NCBI GenBank assembly: GCA_977016875.1
Contig: CDRNST010000020.1
Location: 5,022,001-5,086,000 of the forward strand
Source of the DNA: Pavona decussata
Taxonomy: Eukaryota
Direction of reading: 5' to 3'
DNA: 64,000 nt
A program made the position numbers and the translations under genes. Below are positions 14,384-28,580 of the stretch, one piece after another. The first letter of the stretch is position 1. Each line of letters opens with the position of its first letter. Under the pieces are notes generated by a model. That model searched no databases. It was given only the letters and a program-made list of their open reading frames with translations, and was not told the origin of the DNA.

Positions 14384-17300
14384 TCATTCTTATAAAGAGA
14401 CAAGAAGAGAACAGTTAAATTGAGAAATTGGAAAACAGTGAACGTACGAATCAAGTAGAGAAGAGTCCTTAAAACTGACAAGCAAATAATACAAGGATTT
14501 TCACGAACTTATTTCAAATTGCCTTAAGTATTGTAATTAAGACAAGACAGTGATGCAATCAAAACAGTCCAAATAAATTTTATTCTGTGCAATGTGGAAT
14601 GGAAAAGTAATATTGCTGGGCGGTACATAGACCACTTGCCTAGTCCCAGACTAATTAGTAGACAAATAATAAAAAATAAATACAATTTTCTACAGCACTT
14701 TTCCATGGCAATGATCAAAGCGCTTTACATGAAAAATATGACAACTAAATGAAAAAAAAATCGGCATATCGCAAACGAAAGCAATATACAGACTAACATA
14801 ACACCAAGACTCACGAGACGCTGAAAGAACTTGGACCATAACTACGAACGTTTTCTATTGTTCTATCATGTTTTTGTCATAACTTACCGCAAACTTTTTT
14901 CTTAACATTGCGCAGTTCCGCTGTCAGCTGATCAAATCCTTCAACGGCAAGCACAGACCCCTTTTCACCAGCTATATCACGCAGAATTGTTTTGTCGACC
15001 TTTTTTCCGATCCCTACTGCCACGGTATACAAATCAGCGACCTGCACAACAAAACAAAACAGTAAGCAGGTAATTCTATGGATATGTAAAGAACTAGCAC
15101 GTGATATGTTAAAAGCAAACCCTCTGCCCAAAGCAATCCACACGATTAAAAGTTGACCTTGTGGTCTCTGAGAAACCTGTTACATGTAACCCAAAGAAGG
15201 ACTTGCATCATCTAAGGAAGATTAGTGATACTGTTATGCAAAATTTCCCCTCTAAATTATAACATTATAAGTTATCAAGATGAATTTAACCAGGAGCGAC
15301 ATTCTCGTCGTGGTTAAGTTAACCTGGCGATGAACTGAGCCATAAGCATTTACTGTGACCTGCTGCTAATTCAGTGAAGTCAACTTCACAGCACTTCACG
15401 AAATACCGAGGGTGACAGAAACATCTCAGCACATTCCAGAACCATCTGAAGGTTTTCTAACATTTCTTAAGACTGGCCTAAGATTTGCGAAAACGACTCA
15501 CATTTTCGAGGACGTTTAAAGATTACGCGAAGAATACGCCTGATGGCTTATTTGTCTTTGTTGTGTTATTGCGAAGATATAACTGGGACATTTTTCAAAG
15601 ACTAGAAATGAGTATCCAAAATCTACTGAGATTTCCGTCACACAATTACTTTACTACTCAGTTCTGTTCTAAATCGTTGAAACGGGTTTTAGAAATGGTT
15701 GTCAGTCTTGTTATTGTCTTCTCTTGTTGTTACCGTNNNNNNNNNNNNNNNNNNNNNNNNNNNNNNNNNNNNNNNNNNNNNNNNNNNNNNNNNNNNNNNN
15801 NNNNNNNNNNNNNNNNNNNNNNNNNNNNNNNNNNNNNNNNNNNNNNNNNNNNNNNNNNNNNNNNNNNNNNNNNNNNNNNNNNNNNNNNNNNNNNNNNNNN
15901 NNNNNNNNNNNNNNNNNNNNNNNNNNNNNNNNNNNNNNNNNNNNNNNNNNNNNNNNTATTATATAAGAAAGCATCTATAGAAAAGGGTTACAAAGGTCAC
16001 TTGTCCTTAAGGTCAATATATAATAGACCGTTTGCATCACAAACAAAACATGGCGAGCCGTGGACAGTGCCGGTGACAGCCAGTTCCATGAGGTTTTAAT
16101 ATCAATGTAGAACGCTGGCCATCGAGGTACATGTATATCTTTACGAGGTAGCATCTAAAATAAAAGTGAAGTGAAGTCCTCGTCGTGACGACAATTTTTC
16201 AGTCCGCAGGAGAAATCAAAGTACCGAAGGCGAATCCAAGCCTGAGGAAATAGCTCAGCTACAACAGGCCAAGAATCAAGTAGAACCCTTTGGTTGGTCA
16301 CCAAGTTGAACAGGAAGAAATGAAGTTAGCAATATATTACCCTAACTAAATGTTTGTGAAAATATACCAAATCCCCTTAATTTGTGACCAAAGGACGTAT
16401 TTCGCAATCACAACCCCGACAAGTAGCTTCTTTCTTTCGCAGCATGTGAGTCATTACCGTCGTTCCGCAAGCGATTCTGTCTGGCATTCTATCTTCTGGA
16501 ATATCGACAATAATCCTCTGTAAACCAAACGATTTGAGGACTTTAGACAGTCCACATTATATAAATCGATAAGGGGAATAGTTTCTAAAGAACCTGCAGT
16601 GCTGCGTCGGTTGGGAGTGAAACAAATGTTTCGGTTTATCAACAGAGTTAATAAGGTAATTTGGCCACCGTGAGGAGATTCAAGTGCGGACGTTTCAAGT
16701 GGTAGCCCTTCGTCAGGACGAGTCTATCAAACAAAGGAAAAATAAGAACTGAAAGAAAGAATATATCGAAAACAGTGGTAAGACGAACTTGAGGAAACGC
16801 GAAAACAGCTGCAAACAAAAGCTTAAAATTATGACTTTTAAGCACCGGGGTCTGCCTGGGCCCGAAAACCATAGCAGTTGCTCTTCATAGGGTTGGAGCA
16901 TCGAGCTTTAACGGCTACCATAACGGCTACCAGACATTTTTGGGAGTGTGACGGCACAACGCAAATGAGCAATTATAAAGTAGTAAAGTTTAAATTATAT
17001 TAAGCTCTTTAAAACATGGTACAATTAATTTATTCAATACCTTAGGGTCCTTATGAAACTCAGCAGCAAACTCCGCGAAAGGTCTTGGTTGATTCGTTGG
17101 TTTTCCGTCCGTTAGGAAGATCATAATGTTAGGCTTATCCGGTCTGTCCCCTCCTTGCGGCGAAAACAGGTTGTCCCGAGCTGCTTTCATACCTAAGTCA
17201 GTTCGTGTTTGATACGCCAAGGCTTTACTTATCCTTGAAATCCTCTCCTTCACTTGAGCTTCGTTTTCATTATCTACGTCTTGGAACGTGAACTCAGTAT

Positions 17301-18377
17301 AGGCTTTTTTGTTGAAAGTCACCACACCAAAATGATCTTGGTCTGGAGACTGGTCGAACGAGTCCACCAGTTTGCCCAGAAAATTTATCGCAGTTACCAT
17401 GTGTTTGTTTGTTACGCTCATTGATTTGTCAAGAACAATGCCAATGTCAAGGCCTCCTTTACACGGAGGCGCTAAAGAAAATCAAAGTAACAATTAATCT
17501 TTTGTTTCCTTTATCTGTTTGTTTATAGATACGGTAGCACCGAATGTTTCTTTGTTAATTGAACTTTGAAAGTTATTTCCAGTTTTGTTCTACTTAATTT
17601 TGGGTTTGCTTTCCTGGGTTTTGCGATTGTCAGGTACGTATTCTTTTGTTTCCCTTGGGTTGACTGGCCTAAGCTGTATCAATTGTTAAAAGAAATCAGG
17701 CTCTGGTACTGGCCACAAAAGTGTTCATTGTTTCCCCTAATGGTTCATATTTTACTTATTTCATCGACTTACGGCATTCATTTGTGTTGCATTCCTGTGT
17801 CTCATCTGCTGGTCCTAGTTCACTGCAATCCTTTCCACCATGCTCTGGAGAGGGGTTTGTACATGTCCTTGTTCGCGTCTGTGAACCTCCTCCACAAGTC
17901 GCACTGCACTCAGACCACTCGCTCCATTTGGTGTAATTTCCGTCGATTGCTGAGAAAGGAAGATTTATATTCCATAAAGAAAATTTGAATGAATCAAATG
18001 AAATAAAGGTGCAGTGAAGCGTAGTGTATGGTAAAGCGGTTGTGGTATAGTTTAACGTAGTGTGGTGTGGTATGCTGTAGTTTAGTGAAGTCAGGTGTGG
18101 CATGGTATCATTACGTGTAGTGCGGTGGGGCGGTGTAGTTAAGTGTAGTTACGTGTAGTGTGGTGTGGTGTGGTGTGGTGTGGTGTGGTGTGGTGTGGTG
18201 TGGTGTGGTGTGGTGTGGTGTGGTGTGGTGTGGTGTGGTGTTGATACAAACGAGGCATGAGTGAGGCCATCTTGAATACAACAACTTTTATTCTGAGCTC
18301 CCGTGCCCCATGGTCAGCGACGTAATAACAAACTCAAGACATGAATACATAACATCCCCCTTTCTCTTACAAAAGAA

Positions 18378-18425
<48 letters not shown>

Positions 18426-21155
18426 GAGAAAAAGCAAACAGTAACAATATCAATGTCCAGAGCTAATGTACCAGCTCAGATAAAAGAGTGTCTTCAAAAT
18501 GTGAGGAGTTCCTTACAAGTCCAATTTTACTGGTGGCCTTACTTCCCAGCCAAACAGTGCCACATAGGGACTTTTTTCTGCTTCTCTTGAGTGCCCGCTT
18601 GGGACGGTGAGTCTCTTGTTGAGTCCTTCTGGCTGTGCACAGGGCTCCGCTCCCTTTTGGAGTTCTGGGACGGCCGCTCCCATTGTAGTGTCGTCGCAGG
18701 GACTTGACTTGCTGTTTCAGCATTTGGTGCTGGCGCTGGATCCGGGTTGACACTTGATTGCCGCGCACGATACCCCATGTAGGACTTTGGGCTGTCCTTT
18801 CTCAGGTTACACCGGAGCCGCCGCTCTCCGGTGTCCACTGTATATGACCGAGGTGATGTGTGTTGCTCTTCTACGGTTACGGCTTTCCACTCTTTGGATC
18901 CTGGATTTGGCTTGATTCTAACGTGGTTCCCTGGTTTCAGCGGAGGTATCCACTTTTTGCGTGGGACATGTACTACAGGCTTTGCGGTGGGATCGATTTT
19001 GATTTAATACTTTCCCGGCATCACTCCTGATGCATTTTCCAGCTCTGGGTGCTGATCGAGAAGCTCTTGTACACTTGTATCCAACTTTTGCACTTGCTTG
19101 ATCAAATTGAGATCTTGACACCTTTCCTGAGAGTATAAGTTTCTGTTTGTTGTCGATGATATAAACTTCACATTTATCACTCTGTCCTTGTGTCTCACGG
19201 AGAGGATGACATGGCCTACTGGCGTTATTCGGTGCTGACTGTATGACACGAGTATCTTGCTGGTTGGATTTATTGGAGTGTTTGGTGCTAATTCTTGGAG
19301 TTCACTGGCGCTTAAAACGCTTGCATATGCTCCGGTATCAAGTTGGTATCGCAGGGTCTTGGACCCTGCTTGCGCACTTTCTAGATATTCGTCAGTTTCG
19401 CTCCTCGCCCATTTGTCGTTAACACTATTCACCTCGAGATATGACAGCTGTAGTAGATGCATATCTTGGCCTTGGTCTTCTTCGTTGTTCCTACAATAAT
19501 CTTGATCAATTGTATTGACTCTTCCTGCTGGACTACTGCAGACACTTGCAAAATGCCCCACCTTGTCACACCGTCTACAGGGATAATTTTTCGCGTGACC
19601 CTTTTCTTGGGGTCTGTGGCTGTTGTACCCACACCATGTGCGCTTTTGGGACTTCCCACTGCCGTCTCCTCTGTTCAGTTGCTTTGGCTTTCTTCGCTTG
19701 CCGGGTTGTCCCTTTTTGTCTACAAGTGCATTTACTTCAACTCTCGGATCTTCTACTGCCATTACTTGTATCCCATCTTTGGTAGATTCGAACATGGCAC
19801 CCTATATCTATGGCTGTATTCAAGGTCAGGTTTTTACTTTTTTCTAGGCAGCGCTGTCTCACATGGTCATCCAGGGATTTGCAGGCAATTGCGTTACGGA
19901 TTAGCTTATCTGTCTCAGTTATATCCAGGCCTCTTGCAAAGAGTTTAAAGTCAGTGACTAACCTATCAAATGACTTTCCCTGTTGCTTCCGTCGTCGATT
20001 AAATTTAACCGCTGCCATAAAAGGATTCTTTTTGGCCTCGAGGTGAGCTTTGAACTTCCCAGCAACTCTTTCTAACACATCTCTCTCGCCAACAGTCTGG
20101 ATATATTCTCGTGACCCAGTTTATAAGGATCCCCATTGCAAAGTGGGGTAGATTTCACGGCCCTTGTCGCCAACGAGGCTCATTAAGTTGCAGATCTTTT
20201 CTTTCTCAGTGCATTTGCCGAGTGGTCCCCCAAATGTGAATTCACAATGTTGATAAAATCATTTCCACTCTTTACTCAGGTCTGAAGCCTCCCAGTTCAT
20301 AACCGACCAGTTGTTAGTTGAATTCGTGTATTTTTCTGCCATTTCGAAGTGGTTTTCTTTCTCTTAAAGTCGATTAAGACGTTAAAAATCTCACTACTTT
20401 GACACCATGTTACATTCGAGGCATGAGCAACTTACGGCGTCTTGAATACAACAACTTTTATTTTCAGCTGCCATGTCCCATGGTCAGCGGCATAATAACA
20501 AACTCGAAACATGAACACATAACAGGTGTAGCTTAGTGAAGTCTGGTGTGGTATGGCGTAGTTACGTGTAGTCTGGTGTGGTGAAGTTAAGTGTAGTGTG
20601 GTGTGGTTTGGTGGTGTTAAGTGTGGTTGTGTGTGGTGGTGTTAAGTGTGGTTGTGTGTGGTGGTGTAGAGTGGGACTCCTCAAATCCACGACAAAAGAA
20701 GCATAGCAAGCTAATTTAAAACTTACGGCAGGTGTCTGTATTACATTCTTGTGTCTCACTAGCTGGTCCCAGTTCACTGCAGTCCTTTCCACCATGCTCT
20801 GGAGATGGGTTGGTACATGTCCTTGTTCTTGTTTGAGAACCTCCTCCACAAGTCGCACTGCACTCAGACCACTCAGTCCATTCAGTGTAGTTACCATCGA
20901 TTGCTGAGAAAATGAGAGTGAGACAGTTGTTAGTGCTATACTTGCGGTGTAAGATACCGACTTTGTTGTTGTTAAAATCAATGCTCAGCTAACCCTGACT
21001 ACAAGTGCCTCCATGGTGAGTCGCCATCGTACCCTAATCGCAGAGTTTAGGTATGCCCATCAAATTCATAGCTATAAACGTTAAATAGAAGAAAGATCCT
21101 TGCATTTGGTACGCAACTTAAGCAGTTGCAAAAAGCCTGAAAAAATTCAGGCTTG

Positions 21156-21199
<44 letters not shown>

Positions 21200-24100
21200 G
21201 TACCAACTGAGCTATCAAGCCAACTGGAAGCTGGTCATATTGTCATACTGCTTAAGTTGCCAGGATCTTTCTGCTATTTAATTTTTCATACGCAGTTCAA
21301 AACATATTTTTCATATATCCATATTCAACACCAAATGTCATGATCTGCTACTACTGCCTCTTGCAAAAACTAATAAATATCAGAGGAGTTTTAAAATAAA
21401 TGGTGTTCGCGCAAACAATGCTTTGCCTCGAAACATCAGGCAAATAAAGAAGCTTAACAAACGTCACTGAAAAGTTTTTTTTTTTCAACGTTACCATGCT
21501 CCCACCGATAGCGTAACTCACTGCTCAGTATATAAAGCACGTACAATCCTTGATTCGCTCTGACGAAGGGCAAAAGGCTGGTCAGTTTTCACTGGGACAT
21601 GAGCATAGGCATAAGAATAAAGATAAACAAGGATAGACGCACGCGCAAGAAACCACTCTTTGACGGAGTTCCCGATCAGCACCCCTGGATTTTAAGCAAG
21701 ATGGCGGACGAAACGATTGACTGCTTTGTGCTTATGCTTATGTCGGCCCCGTTCTCATTAGTGAAAGCAGCGCCATAAAAATTAGCACAACAACAAAGTT
21801 CCTAGTCTCCTGCTTATGCTTACGCTTATGGTTATGGTTATGCTTATGGTTATGCTTATGCTTATGCTTATGCTTATGCTTATGCTTATGCTTATGCTTA
21901 TGCTTATGCTTATGCTTATGCTTATGCTTATGCTTATGCTTATGCTTATGCTTATGCTTATGCTTATGCTTATGCTTATGCTTATGCTTATGCTTATGCT
22001 TATGCTTATGCTTATGCCTATGCCTATGCTTATGCTTATGCTTATGCTTATGCTTATGTCCTAGTGGAAACAAGGCTTAACAGTCGAAACGTCTGCACTC
22101 GAATCCCTTTACGGTGGCGAAATTTACGACGGAATTTTCTTCAAGAATAGAGAAAGAGAAAAAATTCTGATCAATATTGCTCACCTATACGTCTTGAAGC
22201 TTACCGCGAGTCATGACATATGTTCGTAAAAGATTCCGTTCACAATAAATGTTTATTGCAGTTTTTAGTTTTTAGTGGGCAACAGCATCCTCTATAAGTA
22301 AGACTTTAAAGAGAACATTAAGGCGCATGGAAAACTACTTAAAACTTACGGCAAGGGTTTTTGTTACATTCCTGTGTCTCATCTGCTGGTCCCAGTTCAC
22401 TGCAGTTCTTTCCACCATGCTCTGGAGGGGGGTTGGTACATGTCCTTGTTCTTGTTTGGGAACCCCCACCACAGGTCGAACTGCACTCAGACCATTCGCT
22501 CCATTTGGTGTAATTACCATCGATCGCTGAGAATGTAAGAATATGCGTCAAACGGTGTTGCTTAATAAGAATTGTGTTTAAGAAGATATATAAACCCCCT
22601 TGGGAAGTAATTACAAATTTAACGGCACGGCTTAGCTCGAATTTTTTAAGAAGATATGAAAAATATCTCGGCCAGTTATTACAAACTTTAAAGAAACACT
22701 TAACCTAGAAGTTCTTATTCGGGTGATAATTTGAGGCTACAATAGTGTTATTGCTAATGCAGTTCGCTTTTTCATGGAGAAAGACAAACAAGTTATCATT
22801 GTACCAAGGATTGTTTAAAGTCTTTGCGCGAACACGGGAAGGTCTCTGCAAGTTCAAGTTCAAGTTAAAACTCACCACAGTGGTCTATATTACATTCCTG
22901 AGAAGAAAAGAAGAAAAGTTCAAAGTGTATGGAAAACTAATGAAAACTCACGGCAGGGGTTTGAGTTGCATTCCTGTGTCTCATCTCCTGGTCCCAGTTC
23001 AGTGCAGTTCTTTCCACCGTACTTTGGAGGGGGGCTGGTACATGTCCTTGTTCTTGTCTGTGAACCTCCTCCACAAGTCGCACTGCATTCAGACCACTCG
23101 CTCCATTTGGTGTAATTACCATCGATCTCTGAGAATATACAAGTTTGCGTCAGCAAACTTTGATTTACGTTGTAGTTTGATTACAGTTGTTTTTAAGAAG
23201 AAGTTGAAACTCCCTGAGATACCTTTTAAGAACTTTTTAAAGTAACATTGAACTAATAATTTCCTATTAAGTCGTTTATTGTAGAGTTCACAACACAATG
23301 TCACTGGCAATATAATTCACATGCGATTTCTGCACGTACAATACATACCGTTGCTGAAATTCCTGCCAACCGAATTCCAAATACTTATGATATTAAAATA
23401 GATTAAAACAAAGCCAAGATATAATAAAAATCTCCCCACTCGAATGAAGTTAATTCGAGGGAGCTTTAACTTCAAAAAACAGGGAATTCTTTGTTGTTGT
23501 TCATAAATAATAAGCCTTGTTGTTTTTCATATGATCGTTTTTCCCACACAAAAAAAAACTTCTCAACACCCAAGAGAAAGAAGAGGTAAAAAGTGGTGAG
23601 TTTCTTTTTAAATATCGTTTTGAAATACCTAACGAAAACGATTTTATGTGAAAGAAATGTGATGTTATGTTTTAAACCTGTTAAATAAATGATAGAGGTA
23701 TTTTTCAGTCAGAGGGTTTTCTTAGTATCAGCCGTTTCTCGTTGACTGAAGGCAGCCTCTATCATTTATTTACCAGGCCTAAAACCTAATCTCACAGTAT
23801 AAAGCGGTATAAAGGATGTTTGTTACATGAACCTAGTTAAATGGCCTAGCTCCCATGAATCTGCTATAGATCAGTGGTAGAGCATCCGTACCAGCAATCG
23901 GAGGATCATACGTTCGAGCACTGTTGGGAGAACTCGGTTTTCTTTTCATAGTATGCATACTATAACTCTATCACGTAAACAATTTGGTTCACAAAAACAG
24001 GTTTTAACTTTGAGCAGTTGCAAAGCATCCTTTAGTGGACATCGTCAAAGTTCATAACGCCCTTAACAAGAATTTTAAAGCAAGTGCGTATAAAACTGAC

Positions 24101-27100
24101 TGATCAAAACTCACCACAGGGGTTTGTATTACATTCCTGTGTCTCATCTGCTGGTCCCAGTTCACTACAGTTCTTTCCACCGTACTGTGGCGCCGGGTTG
24201 GTGCAATTCCTTGTTCGTGTTTGGGAACCCCCTCCACAAGTCACACTGCATTCAGACCACTCGCTCCATTTCGTGTAATTGCCATCGATCGCTGAGAATG
24301 AACGAATATGCGTCAGACAACATTAAATGATACTGTAGTTTAATAAGAATTACGTTTAAGATATAACAGCCCAGTTGGGCCAGTAATTACAAATTTACCC
24401 GTGCAGTTTACAGTCAACTCGCTCTAAGCGGACACCTCTCTAAGGCGAACACCTCTTTAAGGCGGACAGTAAATTTAGTCCCTGCCGAATTTCACTTGTT
24501 TCTCTGTAACTGAACTCTCTCTAAGGCGGACATCTCTCTAAGGCGGACAACGGACACTTTTTTCCAACATGTTGGTTCGAAAAACCTCTCAAGGCGGACA
24601 CCGAATGTTTTAGAAATTTTATAACAGGTCCAAAATTCCAAAAAAAAAAAAAAATAGCGCAATCTGATATAAGTGGTTGTAAAATATACCGGACCTAAAG
24701 GGAGCAAGAGGTGAAAATAGAGGAACATTTTGAATTGATAATAAGTTAAGTTTGCCTTATTTACATAACTACTTTTACAAGACAACTGAAATCATATTCG
24801 CAACGAACACGCGAAGGTCGCTAAACATGTAGGACAAGTAGTCAAATAGTCTCAAAAACCCCCAGTCCAACCCCTGGCCCTCTCGGGTGGCTTAGCTTCT
24901 AAGCCCGGCGAAACTGTTTCCACTGTTGGACATGCTAACACGTACTGTAAAGTAAAATACTGTAAAGAAATATAGAATGAGGAAAAGGAAACAATTAATC
25001 TTGCGTCTTTAAAGTTAAGCGGTCTTATAAAGTGGTAGCAAGTGTTTCTGTAAATATGAAACGCAAAGGACAGTTCACATTTATAGGTTTAACTTTGACC
25101 AGACATATATAAATGGACAAAATCAAGGCATTCTCCAGTTTCTTAAAGAGAAGTTCAAGGTATATGGAAAACTACTGAAAACTAACGGCAGGGATCGGAG
25201 TTGCATTCCTGTGTCTCATCTGCTGGTCCCAGTTCAGTGCAGTTCTTTCCACCATATTTTGGAGGCGGGTTGGTACATGTCCTTGTTCTTGTTTGTGAAC
25301 CTCCTCCGCAAGTCGCACTGCATTCAGACCACTCGCTCCATTTGGTGTAATTACCATCGATCTCTGAGAATACACAAGTATGCGTCCACAAACTTTGATT
25401 AACGGTGTACTTTAATTGAAACTCCCTGAGATAGTTGTTAAGAACGTTTTATAGCAACATTTAACCGAGAAATTCCTATTAAGTAGTTTATTATAGAGTT
25501 CGCAACGCGGTGTCACTGCCAATACAATTCACTACGATTTCTGCAGGTAGAATACATACCCTTGCTGAAACATCCTGCCAACAGAATTCCAAAAATTTAT
25601 GATAGTAAAAGAAATTACAACTGACAAAGCCAAGATGTTTTAATAATCTCCACACCCAAACGAGAGTTTAATTTCGGGAAGCTGTAACTCTAAAAGACAG
25701 GGGATTTTTTTTAGTTCATAAATGAGAAGGCTTGTTGTTTTTTCACATGATCTTTTTTCCGACAAAAATAAACTTAAATTCTCAACACCTAAGAGAATGA
25801 AGGGGTAAAGAGTGGAGAGTTTCTTTTTAAATATGGCTTTGAAATATGTCACGTAAACGATTTATGTAAAAGAAATGTGATGTTATATTTTAAGCCTATT
25901 AAATAAATGATAGACGTATTTTTCAGTAAGACTTTTTTCTTTTTTTTTCTCGCGTATGCCCTTCCCAACTGACTGAAGGCAACCTCTATCGTTTATTTAC
26001 CAGGCCTAACATAATATCACAGTTTAAAGGATGTTTGTCACATGGACCTCGTTAAATAGCCTAGCTCTCCTAAATCTCCTATAGCCCAGTGGCAGAGCAT
26101 CCGTGGCAGTAATCGGAGGATCGTATAACCGATTCCTGTTGGGAGAACTCAGGCTTCTTACTGACTGAAAAAAATAGCTCACAATAACTCTATCACATAA
26201 AAGTTAGTTTACAGAAACGAGTTTCAACTTTGAGCAGTTGACAAAGCTTCCTTTAGTGGACATCGTCAAAGTTCGTAACGCTTTTAACAAGAATTTTAAA
26301 GTCAGTACGTATAAAAGTAACTGATCATAACTCACCACAGGGGTTTGTGTTACATTCCTGTGTCTCATCTGATGGTCCTAGTTCACTGCAGTTCTTTCCA
26401 CCGTACTGTGGCGCTGGGTTGGTACAATTCCTTGTTCGTGTTTGGGAACCCCCTCCACAACTCACACTGCATTCAGACCACTCACTCCATTTGGTGTAAT
26501 TGCCATCGATCGCTGAGAATGTATCAATATGCGTCAGACAACTTTGAACGATGGTGTGGTTTAATCAAAATTGCGTTTAAGAACATATAGCAACCAATTT
26601 GGGCCAGTAAGTACAAATTTAATTATAACGGTGCAGTTTATACAACATACGAAAAATATCTGGTAAGTTATTACAAAGTAGTCTCTTTAAAGAAACGATG
26701 AACATATAATTTTCCTATCCGGGTGTTGATTTCACTGGTTGCTTATACAGTTCGTATTGCTACGGAGATAGACAAACAAGTTGTCATTGTACCTAGTAAT
26801 GTTTGAAGTCTGCACCACTGGAAGGGGAGTTTAATTCGAGGGAGCATCAGGTCGAAATAGAGGAAAATTTTGAATTGATAAATAGTTAAGTTTGCCTTAT
26901 TTACATGACTACTTTTCCAAGACAAGGGAAATCATATTCGCAAAGAACACGCGAAGGTCGCTAAACATGTAGGACATGCCTACGTGTACTGCAAAGTAAA
27001 GAAACGCAAAGAAGTATAGAATGAGGAGACGGGAACAATTAATCTTCCGTCTTTTAGGTTTAGCGGTCTTGCAAAGTGGTAGCAAGTGTTCCTGTAAATA

Positions 27101-28542
27101 TGCACAAAATATGAACAAAATCAAGGTATTCTCAAGTCCCTACAGAGAACTTCAAAGTGTATGGAAAACAGACTACTGAAAACTCACGGCAAGCATCTGA
27201 GTTGCATTCCTGTGTCTCATCTGCTGGTCCCAGTTCACTGCAGTTCTTTCCACCGTACTGTGGTGTGGGGTTGGTACATGTTCTTTTTCGTGTTTGAGAA
27301 CCCCCTCCACAAGTCGCACTGCACTCAGACCACTCACTCCATTTGGTGTAATTACCATCAATCGCTGAGAATGTATCAATATGCGTCAGAAAACTTTGAA
27401 CGATTGTATGGTTTAATCAGAATTGCGTTTAAGAAGACATAGCAACCCATTTGGGCCAGTAATTTCAAATTTAACGGTGCAGTTAAGAAAATATGAAAAG
27501 TATATAGGAAGTTAATACAAACTAGTTTCATTGAACCTAGAAAATAGAAACATTGAACCTAGAATTTTCCTATCTGGACTTTAATTTGATTGCCGATTCA
27601 GTTCGCATTGTTACGGAGATAAACAAACAAGTTATAATTGTACCAAGGAATGTTTGAAGTCCTTGAACTGGAAGGGGAGTTTAATTCGAGGGAGCATCCA
27701 GGTTATAATAGAGGAACATATTTAATTCATACAGTAAATATAGTTAAGTTTGCCTTATTTACACAACTACTTTTCCCAGACAAGTGAAATCATATTCGCA
27801 ACGAATACACGAAGGTTACTTAACATGTAGAACATGCTTACACGTACTGTAAAGTAAAGTACTGCAAAAAAGTATAGAATGAGGAAAAGAAACAATTAAT
27901 CTTGAAACTTTAAAGCAAAGAGAACTTCAAAGTGTATGGAAAGCTATTGAAAACTCACGGCAGGGCTTTGTGTTGCATTCCTGTGTCTCATCTGGTGGTC
28001 CCTGTTCACTGCAGTTCTTTCCACCGTACTTTGGAGGGGGGTTGGTACATGTCCTTGTTCTTGTCTGTGAACCTCCTCCACAAGTCGCACTGCATTCAGA
28101 CCACTCGCTCCATTTGGTGTAATTACCATCGATCTCTGAGAATGTACAAGTTTGTGTCAGCAAACTTTGAATAACGGTGTAGTTTAATTAGATATTTTCA
28201 AAGAACTTTTCTTTAATGGAAACTCCGTGGGATGGTTGTTAAGAACGTTTCAAAGTAACATCTAACCGAGAATTTCCTTTTAACTAGGTTATTATAGAGT
28301 TCACAACCCAGTGTCACTGCCAATACAATTCACATGCGATTTCTGCAGGTAAAATACATACTCTTGCTGAAAAATCCTATTAACCGAATAATTCTAACTA
28401 CTCATGATAGTAAATAAATTACAACTGACAAGGCCAAGATATTTTACGAATCTCCACACTCAAACTAGAGTTCAATTTGGGGGGAACTTTCAGTAATTTT
28501 AAATGCTAGGGGAATTTCTAGTTCATAATTAATAAGGACATC

Positions 28543-28580
<38 letters not shown>

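Noticed and set aside
21150-21221. tRNA gene
   Set aside because: D-stem mismatch and non-canonical anticodon arm; embedded in a repeat.
21738-22073. His-Lys repeat ORF (and the opposite-strand Met-Leu ORF)
   Set aside because: Translation of the (TGCTTA)n array inside a MITE; no splice or gene context.
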